From NCBI GenBank assembly GCA_963804995.1, contig CAWDSK010000003.1, positions 1,120,001 to 1,184,000 of the forward strand: DNA of 64,000 nucleotides, written 5' to 3'. A program made the translations under genes and the position numbers. This DNA comes from an uncultured Acidobacteriota bacterium (GTDB lineage: Bacteria; Acidobacteriota; Terriglobia; UBA7540). Positions within the stretch are counted from its first letter, which is position 1; every line of letters starts with the position of its first letter. Positions 21,323 through 29,967 of the stretch are shown piece after piece. Under the pieces are notes generated by a model. That model made no database searches and had not been told where the DNA came from. It saw nothing but the letters and a program-made list of their open reading frames with translations.

Positions 21323-22612
21323 CTAGCTGTGCCGCGGCTCTAGAATCCGCTTCGACACGAAGGCGTTTGCGGCGTCATTATTTGTGAATCTCTCCTTCGC
21401 GGGGTCCCACGTAAGTTTTCCCCCGACCTGAATGGCGATGTGCCCCATAAGACAGATTGAGGTGGTGCGATGTCCGACCTCGGCATTTTCCATGGGCTGA
21501 CCGCGCGTCATGACCGCATCGATGAAATCTCGCTTGTCGGACTTAAAGGGGAAATGGATTTCGTCAGGGCGAAGCTTAAGATCGATCAGCGACGCGGGCT
21601 CAGCCTGGAGGGGCTTCATGTACTCGGCATAGACCCAACCCTCCGAACCCTCAAAACGGACGGAACCCGTGTCGTCTTGCGTTTTGAAAAAGAGTTGCAC
21701 CCCGTTGGCATAACGGTAGGAGGCCTCGAAGCTCGTTGCCACGTTCCAGAAGCTGTCCCGCGGCGGGTAAACGCCCTGGGCCTCAACCTCCACCGGCCCT
21801 GTACGCTCGGTGTTATTACCCCATTGCGCGATGTCAATAAGATGATATCCCCAGTTGCAGATCATCCCGTCGTCATAATACAGGTGGCGCATCCAGCCGC
21901 CGCGCTCGTAGGAGTGAGGCGTGTGGACGCGCTTGAGGGTATAGGGGGCGCGCGGCGCAGGGCCCTGCCAGCGCTCATAGTTGAGCCCCTCCGGCACCGG
22001 CATGTCAGGTTGAGGCGGGCAACCTACATCGGTACCCGGCACGGTGGCGCGAATGGTGTGCAGCTTGCCGATACGCCCGTTGCGCACCAGCTCGACGGCG
22101 CGGTAGAAATTTTCCAGCGAGCGGAACTCGCTGTCGGTCCGGAAAACCATCTCGTGTTTCTTCACCAGGTTGCTCAACTCCCGGCCTTCGGCAATCGAGC
22201 GATTGAGCGGCTTTTCGCAGGAGACATCCTTGCCCGCCTTGATCGCTTCCATCGATATGGGCACGTGCCAGTGGTCCGGCGTGCCGACGAAAACCGCATC
22301 AATGCCCTTGTCGGCCAGCAGGTCATGGAAGTCATGGTAGGTGGCGCATCCCTTGTAGGCGCCACTCGTCGTCTGCTGCGCATAAGCGTCTTCCACCTGC
22401 TTCTTCGCGTTCGCAAGGCGCCAGGCATCGACATCACATACCCCCACGATTTGCACATCCGGCATGGCGAGGAATTGTTTCAGATTCACTTGCACGGTCT
22501 GCCGCCCGACGCCGATCACACCGACCGTGACGCGGCCGCTGGGAACTGCCTTGCCCATCAGCAAAGTGGCGGTGCTGGTTCCTATAATGAATGTCCTGCG
22601 TGTCATAATCAT
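21323..22612 (-). CDS. Gfo/Idh/MocA family oxidoreductase (Tat)
   Basis: TRRTF Tat motif, GVIGVG, TPDHWH, CEKP. Confidence 0.92.
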   Translation of the reverse strand: MIMTRRTFIIGTSTATLLMGKAVPSGRVTVGVIGVGRQTVQVNLKQFLAMPDVQIVGVCDVDAWRLANAKKQVEDAYAQQTTSGAYKGCATYHDFHDLLADKGIDAVFVGTPDHWHVPISMEAIKAGKDVSCEKPLNRSIAEGRELSNLVKKHEMVFRTDSEFRSLENFYRAVELVRNGRIGKLHTIRATVPGTDVGCPPQPDMPVPEGLNYERWQGPAPRAPYTLKRVHTPHSYERGGWMRHLYYDDGMICNWGYHLIDIAQWGNNTERTGPVEVEAQGVYPPRDSFWNVATSFEASYRYANGVQLFFKTQDDTGSVRFEGSEGWVYAEYMKPLQAEPASLIDLKLRPDEIHFPFKSDKRDFIDAVMTRGQPMENAEVGHRTTSICLMGHIAIQVGGKLTWDPAKERFTNNDAANAFVSKRILEPRHS

Positions 22613-22878
22613 GGGGTCCCTCCGAAATATGTCAAACTGCTCTTAACGCTTCCCTTCTCCAGCCATCCTTCCGGCCCAAATCTTGGTGCACTTGCCCCTC
22701 CGTGTCAATGCCCAATGATTTTCTTTCGCGGCAGGTGGGGTGGCACACTCGACTTTGAGTTCTGCGCTTTGCGTTTTGCGCTTTGACTTTCTTTTCCGAT
22801 TTCACCGCTCTATGCCTGCTTGAGCCGCACCGACTTCCCGGCATGGTATACTGCGCCCAAGCAAGGAGGGCTACAACC

Positions 22879-24114
22879 ATGCATCGTTGAGGATTCCTCT
22901 CCGCGGCGCTCGGCGCCGCAGCGGGCGCTGCGTTTGCACCTATCCGGGCCACGGCTCAAGAGGCGGCATCGGCCGCGAAGCCGTTGAACCTGAAGATCAC
23001 CGGCCTCAAGACTTTTGTGGTGAATATTGGTGACCAGAACTGGGTGTTCTGCAAGGTATACACCAATCAGGGACTGGTGGGACTGGGTGAAGGGTCGGTC
23101 ACCGGCAAGGAAGCGACGGTTGCGTCGGCCATCATGGAGCACGAACGATTCCTGGTGGGGAGAGATCCCACCAACATCGAACTGCTTTGGCAAGGCATGT
23201 TCCGTTACCCGCGCTGGCGTGGCGGTCCGGTTTTGAACTCGGCGATCAGCGCGGTCGAAATCGCCCTGTGGGACATCCTGGGGCAGGCGCTGGGGGTTCC
23301 GATCTACAAGCTGTTGGGAGGGGCGGCGCGCGAGCGCATCCGGATGTACCTCGATGTGGAGGCGACTCCAGAGGAGTTCCTGCGCGCCAAGGCCCTGGGT
23401 TACACAGCATGCAAAACGGGTGTCCTGAGGGATAAACACCTGGTCGTCGAGCCCACCCGGATGGTTCGCGAGGGCGTGCGCAGGCTCCAGGAGATTCGCA
23501 AAGCGGTGGGGGATGATTTCGACATCGCGGAGGACGCCCATGGGCGCTTGACGACGACCATGGCCATCGATTTCTGCACGCGCGTTGAGGAGCTCAATTT
23601 GTTATGGGTTGAGGAGCCCACCCAAATCGAGGATTTGGATGAGCTCGCCTTGCTGCGTTCGAAGACCAAGACGCATCTCGCCACCGGCGAGCGGTCCTTC
23701 ACCAAGTATGGCTTCGCGGAATTCTGCTCGCGCCACCTGGTGGACTACATTCAACCGGACGTTTGCCACGCGGGCGGCATTTTGGAACTGAAGAAAATCG
23801 GCGTGCTGGCGGAAACCTACCGGGTCAGCATGGCGCCGCACAATCCGCAAAGCCACGTCAGCACCATGGCCTCGCTGCACGTGGATGCCACCACGCCCGC
23901 CGCGGTGATTCAGGAGTCAACCCGGCCGAGAAGCCCGTGGATGGAGGACCTGGTCAACGGCGAGGGACCTGTGATTAAGAATGGTTACGCGGAACTGCCT
24001 GCACGCCCGGGCCTGGGAGTAACATTGAATGAAAAGGTCGCCGCTGAGCACCCCTACAAGCCCACTAACCGCCCGGAATTTGTCTTCGAGGACGGCTCGG
24101 TAGCGGATCAGTAA
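22879..24114 (+). CDS. Mandelate racemase/enolase-superfamily dehydratase (galactonate dehydratase-like); in-frame TGA at codon 4
   Basis: ISAVEIALWDI, DAHGR, EEP, ATGER, QPD, APHNP. Upstream in-frame Tat-like leader MHR*GFLSAALG behind an AAGGAGG RBS. Confidence 0.85.
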
Positions 24115-24137
24115 GGCGATTGGCTTTTGCCGGGCAA

Positions 24138-25289
24138 TTAGAAGTTCGCATTCTTGCGCAACCGCATAAGCGCCGCCCGAGATTCGCCCGGAATCAAGCC
24201 GTGCTTGTTCGGTGGCACATCGAGCAGGAGATTTACTCCCCGTTTGCGGGATTCCAGGACAATGTTCAGGAGTTCGTCATCAGGCCTCGGATTATCCCCT
24301 TCGACGTAAAACCAGTTTTTGCCGATGGGATCGCAAACCTCGCCGGGCAGGTAATAACGCTTGCCTTCCATCTCCTGCCACTTCACATAACCCCCCGCCG
24401 GCGGCAATCCCCTTTCGAAAGACCGCAGGTCCGTGGGCCATGCCGTTTCCAGCTTGCTGCTGTTCATCATGATAACAGCCTCCGGCTGGAGCTTGGCGAT
24501 GACCCCGTAGAGATAGGTCCGATAGCCACGGCCCAGGAGCTGCGGAATGTCGATCCACACTTCCCCAATCGGCCCGTATTGGGTCAGCAGCTCCGTGACT
24601 TGAGCGGTCTGGAAATCCTGATAAAGTGAGGTCGTGTAAGTTGTCGTGCGACCTTTGTCCTGCCAGGGATAATCACCCCGGGGGCTCACGTTGACCTGCC
24701 CGAACCGGTTGTGGTTGTCGTAGGAATCATAGTAAATCCCCGGCACGACGCCGCGCCGCTCGCAGGATTTCACAAAAGCCTCGACCACGTCGGTGGTGTT
24801 TCCGCTGTGGGCAACGGTCAAGTCCGTGTAGCGGCTGGGCCAGAGGCAATGTCCGGCCACATGCTTGGCCGTGAGGACCGCATATTTCATCCCGGCATCG
24901 CGTGCGATTTGGATCCATTGGTCAACGTCGAGCTTATCGGGATTATAGGTTGAGGCGGGGTCATTCCCGTCTGGAATATCCGGGTATTCCTTACCCACCA
25001 CAAACGTACTCATGCCGAAAGTGAGAAACATTCCATACTTCAAGTCTTCCCAGGCGCGCAGCTTGGATAGGCTCAGCCGTTGGGCGCCGGCCTCCGATTC
25101 GTTTGAATTGCCGGGCGACTTCTCGCGGAGATTTTGCGCCGCCGTGGCACCCACGGTGAGTGTGCCAGTAAGGTTCGCTGTGGCGACTCCTCCGCCAATC
25201 GCCAGTTGCATAAAGCTGCGGCGTGAAAGGCTTGGGGCACGCGCCTCCAGGTCTCCAGTGGAAATTGAATGGCGTTTGGCTTTTGCCAT
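24138..25289 (-). CDS. Alpha-L-fucosidase (GH29), Tat-exported
   Basis: SRRSFM; KYGMF; AGMKYAVLTAKH; LWPS; ELLTQYG..EVWID; NLLLDVPP. Confidence 0.88.
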   Translation of the reverse strand: MAKAKRHSISTGDLEARAPSLSRRSFMQLAIGGGVATANLTGTLTVGATAAQNLREKSPGNSNESEAGAQRLSLSKLRAWEDLKYGMFLTFGMSTFVVGKEYPDIPDGNDPASTYNPDKLDVDQWIQIARDAGMKYAVLTAKHVAGHCLWPSRYTDLTVAHSGNTTDVVEAFVKSCERRGVVPGIYYDSYDNHNRFGQVNVSPRGDYPWQDKGRTTTYTTSLYQDFQTAQVTELLTQYGPIGEVWIDIPQLLGRGYRTYLYGVIAKLQPEAVIMMNSSKLETAWPTDLRSFERGLPPAGGYVKWQEMEGKRYYLPGEVCDPIGKNWFYVEGDNPRPDDELLNIVLESRKRGVNLLLDVPPNKHGLIPGESRAALMRLRKNANF

Positions 25290-25631
25290 GAGTTTCACTC
25301 CTCGCCTGCTCCTCTTACATCCGGGCAATCACTATGTCTTGCGTTGATAATACGCCTGCAACACGCCTGGGGCCCATCTGGCACTTTTCCAAGCTATGCT
25401 TCAGGCTCCTGAGCAGCCGGATTGGCGCCGGGGTCAGATTGTACTGGAAACGGCTGCCGAGGGTTGCCTGTTCTCACTCCATCGTCAAGGGATCTCTTCG
25501 CACCGTGTCCCAATTCGACAAACTTCTGAATGAGGGCCACAACTCCAGAGGATAAATTTTCCAAGCACGGTGTTACATTTTGTCATAAGCTGGTGGAAAC
25601 GAAGTGGGGCATCCGAGCGACGGAGGACCAA

Positions 25632-26597
25632 ATGAAACGCAGAACTTTTTTTGGTGGAGCTTTTGCCGGCCTGGCTGCAACCGCCTACGGTCTGAGACCG
25701 CCCAAGCCCAGGGTTGGAGATATTCCGCAGCGCACCTTCGGGAAAACGGGCGAAAAACTCACGGTGATCGGACAGGCGGGCGGACGCTTTCCTCTGATTT
25801 CGTTCGAGGAGGCTAAGGCGATCACGCTACGCGCCTATGACCTGGGGATCAATTATTTCGATAATTCCTCTGACTACTGGGACGGCAAGTCAGAGGAAGT
25901 TTATGGTGCGGTGCTCCCGCCTTTTCGCAAGCAGGTCTTTTTAACCACCAAGGCAAACAGCCGGACTCGTGAGGGCGCCGAAGCGGAACTAAACCTCTCC
26001 TTGAAGCGCTTGCGTACGGACCACGTAGATCTTTGGCAGATCCATGCGGTGGATGAGAAGCAGGAAGTTGAACAAATATTCGGTCCCGGGGGCGCCATCG
26101 AAGCATTCGAAGCAGCGAAGAAAGCCGGGAAATGCCGCTTTATCGGTTTTACCGGCCACCACGATCCTAACGTTCACCTCGCGATGCTCAAAGCCTATGA
26201 CAAGTTCGATTCCATTTTGATGCCGATGCACGTGGCTGATCCCGGCTATTTGAGTTTCGAAAAGCTAACCCTGCCGGTGGCTGCCGAACGTGGCATGGGC
26301 ATTCAAGGCATGAAAAGCCTTGCCAACGCCAAACTCTTGCAGGAATTCAGCGTGCGAGAATGCCTAAGCTATGTTCTGAGCTTGCCGGTAAGCAGCGTCG
26401 CCATAGGCTGCACAACTATCGGCCAGTTGGAAGACGACGTCCGCTTCGCCCAGCAGTTCAAGCCACTTGCTGCCGAGGAGATGGATCATCTGCGCCAGCG
26501 GACCAAGGAAATCGCGGGCCCTTGCCTCGAAGATTGGAAGCGGAATATTCAGAAACAAGCCAGCGCACCTGATGCGCGCACGGTGAAGCACGGATGA
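25632..26597 (+). CDS. Aldo/keto reductase
   Basis: GINYFD..Y, FLTTK, SLKRLRTDHVDLWQIH, RFIGFTGH. Confidence 0.92.
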   Translation: MKRRTFFGGAFAGLAATAYGLRPPKPRVGDIPQRTFGKTGEKLTVIGQAGGRFPLISFEEAKAITLRAYDLGINYFDNSSDYWDGKSEEVYGAVLPPFRKQVFLTTKANSRTREGAEAELNLSLKRLRTDHVDLWQIHAVDEKQEVEQIFGPGGAIEAFEAAKKAGKCRFIGFTGHHDPNVHLAMLKAYDKFDSILMPMHVADPGYLSFEKLTLPVAAERGMGIQGMKSLANAKLLQEFSVRECLSYVLSLPVSSVAIGCTTIGQLEDDVRFAQQFKPLAAEEMDHLRQRTKEIAGPCLEDWKRNIQKQASAPDARTVKHG

Positions 26598-26600
26598 GCG

Positions 26601-26690
26601 TGCTGGGGGCTAGGGGCTGGGGACTGGGGGCTTGGGGCTAGGGGCTTGGCGGAACGGCAAAAAGAAAGTCAAAAGGCAAAATGCAAAAGT
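26601..26690. repeat. Short heptamer tandem repeats (GGGGCT[A/T/G]; CAAAAGG-like)
   Basis: ggggcta ggggctg gggactg ggggctt ggggcta ggggctt; similar TTTGCGC-like run at about 22753-22790. Confidence 0.55.
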
Positions 26691-26822
26691 AGGTAGCCTC
26701 AGGCGTAGTTTGCCTTCCACTGGGTGCTGGGGGCTAGGAGGGAAGTGGCCACAAGAAGCTGTCTGCCTTCTGCCTTTCCCGACTCCGTCGGGACTCGCAC
26801 CAAACGCTCGCTGCCTTCCGCC

Positions 26823-28100
26823 TTAATCCACCGTCAATTCCCACCCAAATCCCGGGCGGTCGGGTGGCCGCATGTAAATGCCTTCAGGCCCTCGCGTAAC
26901 GTTATTATCCTCCGCGAACCGCTGATAGACTTCCGGCGGACCGCCCGGCGGTGGCATGAACATTTCACACCAGGGGCTGTTGGTTGTCGCCAGGATAAAC
27001 TGCGAGGCGTATTGCCATCCCGCGTGAGGAATAACTGGAATATTGTAGGCGGCGGCCAGCGCCCCAATATGACGCAACTCGCTCAATCCTCCGCACCAAG
27101 TTATATCCGGCTGCCAAATGTCCGCCGCGCGGTGTTCCAGCAAAAGCCGGAAGCCGTAGCGGGTATATTCGTGCTCGCCGGTGGCCATCTGGGTTGATTT
27201 GATTCTCTCGCGAATCCTCTGGAAACCCTCATAGTCATCGGGTGGGAGGCATTCTTCCATCCAATACACCCGGTAAGGCTCCACCATGGCGGCAAATTCC
27301 ATGGTGTATTCTTCGGTGAGCGCCATCCAGCAATCAAGCATGATATCGCCGTCGGGCCCCAGTGATTCCCGGGTCTTCTTCACGAGTTCCGTGTTCTTCT
27401 TCATCCCTTCGCGCCCGTCGGCGGGTCCGTAAGGTACGGCTAACTTGATCCTTTTATAACCGAACTCGATATGCTGTTCGACGTTGTTTCCGGTGCAGTA
27501 GGCGGGAATTCTCGATTTGGTTTCCCCGCCCAACAATTTGTAAATGGGCATCCCCAAAGCGTTGCCGATAATATCCCAAAGGGCCAGATCAACGGCGCTG
27601 ATAGCATGGATCACAAGCCCTTTCCGCCCGTAATACATCGTGGACCGCCACAGGATGTCCCAAAGCTCCTCGACGTTAAAGGGGTCTTCGCCCAACAGCA
27701 ATTTCGTCAAATGCCTTTCAATGACAAAGCTGCACCCCGGTCCGCCAAAGCCGATTCCTTTGATTCCTTTGTCCGTCGCGATCTCGACCGCGACGGGACC
27801 CAGATTGTCAGCCATGAACAGGCTTCGTCGCGCCTTGTATTTTGGATAGATTGACATGGGGTTAGCGACTTCAACCCCGCCCGTCGACCACGACCCTGGA
27901 GCCGGCTCATATTGCGGGAGCGGCCTCTTGGGCTTGGGCCGGACCATCCTAACGCTGGTAATCTTCAGGCCGCTCTTCTCATTGTGAAAAGGTAACTGCG
28001 GAGGAGACGGGAGTGGCGCGGCTTCGCCAGGTTCTCCGGTGGCGCCTATAGTGCTCATGGATAGCAGTGTACCCGCTTCGAGGAATTTTCTGCGATTCAT
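26823..28100 (-). CDS. Mandelate racemase/enolase-superfamily dehydratase (L-rhamnonate dehydratase-like)
   Basis: MNRRKFL Tat motif; ANPMSIY, YYGRKG, ISAVDLALWD, MLDCWM, WMEECL, TGEHEY, QPDITWCGG. Confidence 0.88.
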   Translation of the reverse strand: MNRRKFLEAGTLLSMSTIGATGEPGEAAPLPSPPQLPFHNEKSGLKITSVRMVRPKPKRPLPQYEPAPGSWSTGGVEVANPMSIYPKYKARRSLFMADNLGPVAVEIATDKGIKGIGFGGPGCSFVIERHLTKLLLGEDPFNVEELWDILWRSTMYYGRKGLVIHAISAVDLALWDIIGNALGMPIYKLLGGETKSRIPAYCTGNNVEQHIEFGYKRIKLAVPYGPADGREGMKKNTELVKKTRESLGPDGDIMLDCWMALTEEYTMEFAAMVEPYRVYWMEECLPPDDYEGFQRIRERIKSTQMATGEHEYTRYGFRLLLEHRAADIWQPDITWCGGLSELRHIGALAAAYNIPVIPHAGWQYASQFILATTNSPWCEMFMPPPGGPPEVYQRFAEDNNVTRGPEGIYMRPPDRPGFGWELTVD

Positions 28101-28224
28101 TTCCGATCCTCCCCTACCGCTTAGCCCGATGAACAATCCCAAGCGCCGCGGATTGTAGCATGAACGCCTGCCTCAGGGTCCTGCGCCGGCGGCATAATAG
28201 GTCATTTCAGAAACGGAGGTCTTA

Positions 28225-28346
28225 ACAGGCTGTTGAAAAACCCTTACGGTGCGATGTACCGGCAGGTTTACCCCACCGTATCGCCAACGATTTCAACAGC
28301 GGATGGCGGGGTAAACCCGCTGCTACGTAGTCGTTTATCAGCCTGC
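28225..28346. mobile_element. MITE with CAGGCTG(T/A)TGAAAA ends enclosing a GTAG REP doublet
   Basis: CAGGCTGTTGAAAAA ... TTTATCAGCCTG; inverted relative at 53695-53807. Confidence 0.6.
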
Positions 28347-28369
28347 GAAATGATACCGCGGTCAAGACC

Positions 28370-29959
28370 TTACACCGTGCGAAAGTACTGCAAGTAACTC
28401 TCCGGGTATTTCTTGCTCCGCAGAAATTCCAGATATTTTGTGTGAAGGTCAGAAGCAATACTGTGCTTTGAATCTATAACATTCTTAAGGCAGCCCGGGT
28501 CATCCTCCAAATTGTAAAGTTCAGGTAAGATCTTTCCCTGTAGATTCTTGACCTCTCGAATGACCGAGTCCACTGAGGCGGTGCGCGCTGAGCCCGCAAG
28601 CTGCTCCCCCTGCGCGCCGTAAATCAAAAGCCACTTGCCGTCAGTTATCGTGCTTCGGTTGGCAGGCGAGGGTGGCGCCTTACCGCCTCCTGATATATTG
28701 CTTCCAAACAGCGCCGGAGAGGCCACGGCAATTTCTTTAGTATTTGAAGCGCGCCCTTCGAGCACGGGCACCAGGGAGGCTCCTTCCACAGAAGCAGGAA
28801 TGGCAACGCCCAGGAAGTTGAGTATCGTCGCCATCAAATCCACAGGCTGTGCCAGAGCCTTGACCCGCGCGCCACCCTGGCATCCCGGGAAGTAAATCAT
28901 CATGGGAATCCGCGCCACCTCAGGATAGAGAGGCAGGTATTGAAACGTATCGTCGCGGATAAGGGATTTGCCGATATACCCGTGCTCACCCAGGTAAAAG
29001 CCGTGATCCCCAATATGGATGACGGCAGTATTCTTCAGCAGGTCCAGAGTAGCGATTCGGTCCAGGAGAAATCCCAACCAGCGATCGACCATCGTGACTT
29101 CACCGGCATAGAGCGCTCGACAGTGCTTGAGCTCGCTTTCGGATAGAAATTCCCGCCAGAACTCATAGCGCGGATAAATCACCTCTTCCCCGGTGTAGCC
29201 GCGGTCAAACTGCTCAACGTAGTAGTGGGGCGGGTCCCAAGGCTCGTGGGGATCGAAGGTATCCAGATAGAGGAAAAACCGGCGGCCGTCGTTGTTCTCC
29301 TCCAGCCACTCCGCGGCCTTGATCATCGTCTGGGCCACGAAATAGTCCTCTTCCCTTCCCCGTTGGGAAACGTTCCGGAGGTACTGGGTAACCGTCTTCT
29401 CGCCTTCACGTAGTTTGCTGGGATTACAGGGGAGTTTGACCGTCCGAGGCGCGCTGCGGAAGGCATCCCCTTCCTGCCCTCGCGTAACTTGCCAGGCGGC
29501 AAAGTTGCGCTGGTAGTTGTACCCGGGAGTAAAAGGATGGGGAGTATCCGCAATGAGCGAAGTCAGGATGCCGGCCTTCCCCAGGGTATCCTGCAGCGTG
29601 ACGGCGTCCGCGTCGATGGGTGACCAGTCCTTGTAAGTGAAGGTGTAGCGGCCCGTCAAAATATCATTGCGGCACGGGACGGTGGGAAAGGAAGAAAGAA
29701 ACGCGTTTTCGAGAAGGACCGCCTGCTTACTAAAGTGGTCGAGGTGAGGAGTCGGAATCCAATTCGAGCCGTAGGGAGATACCGCGTCCCTCCGCATGCT
29801 ATCCGTGACGATGAGAATGACATTGTCAATGCGCAGGTCGCCCGGCGGCGGATTCGCGGGGCCGGACTTGGCCCATCGAGGCTTTGCCGCACAGGCACCA
29901 AGTGCTCCGGCGCCCGCTTTGAGGAAGTCTCTCCGCGAAGCCTTGGCGTTCTCTTTCAT
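28370..29959 (-). CDS. Sulfatase/alkaline-phosphatase superfamily hydrolase (Tat) with Thr at the nucleophile position
   Basis: NVILIVTDSMRRD, TVPCR..ILTGRY, FDPHEPW, GDHG. Confidence 0.88.
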   Translation of the reverse strand: MKENAKASRRDFLKAGAGALGACAAKPRWAKSGPANPPPGDLRIDNVILIVTDSMRRDAVSPYGSNWIPTPHLDHFSKQAVLLENAFLSSFPTVPCRNDILTGRYTFTYKDWSPIDADAVTLQDTLGKAGILTSLIADTPHPFTPGYNYQRNFAAWQVTRGQEGDAFRSAPRTVKLPCNPSKLREGEKTVTQYLRNVSQRGREEDYFVAQTMIKAAEWLEENNDGRRFFLYLDTFDPHEPWDPPHYYVEQFDRGYTGEEVIYPRYEFWREFLSESELKHCRALYAGEVTMVDRWLGFLLDRIATLDLLKNTAVIHIGDHGFYLGEHGYIGKSLIRDDTFQYLPLYPEVARIPMMIYFPGCQGGARVKALAQPVDLMATILNFLGVAIPASVEGASLVPVLEGRASNTKEIAVASPALFGSNISGGGKAPPSPANRSTITDGKWLLIYGAQGEQLAGSARTASVDSVIREVKNLQGKILPELYNLEDDPGCLKNVIDSKHSIASDLHTKYLEFLRSKKYPESYLQYFRTV

Positions 29960-29967
29960 GTTGCCTC

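Noticed and set aside
22888..22890. Selenocysteine recoding of the TGA
   Set aside because: The position corresponds to a Tat arginine, not a catalytic Cys.
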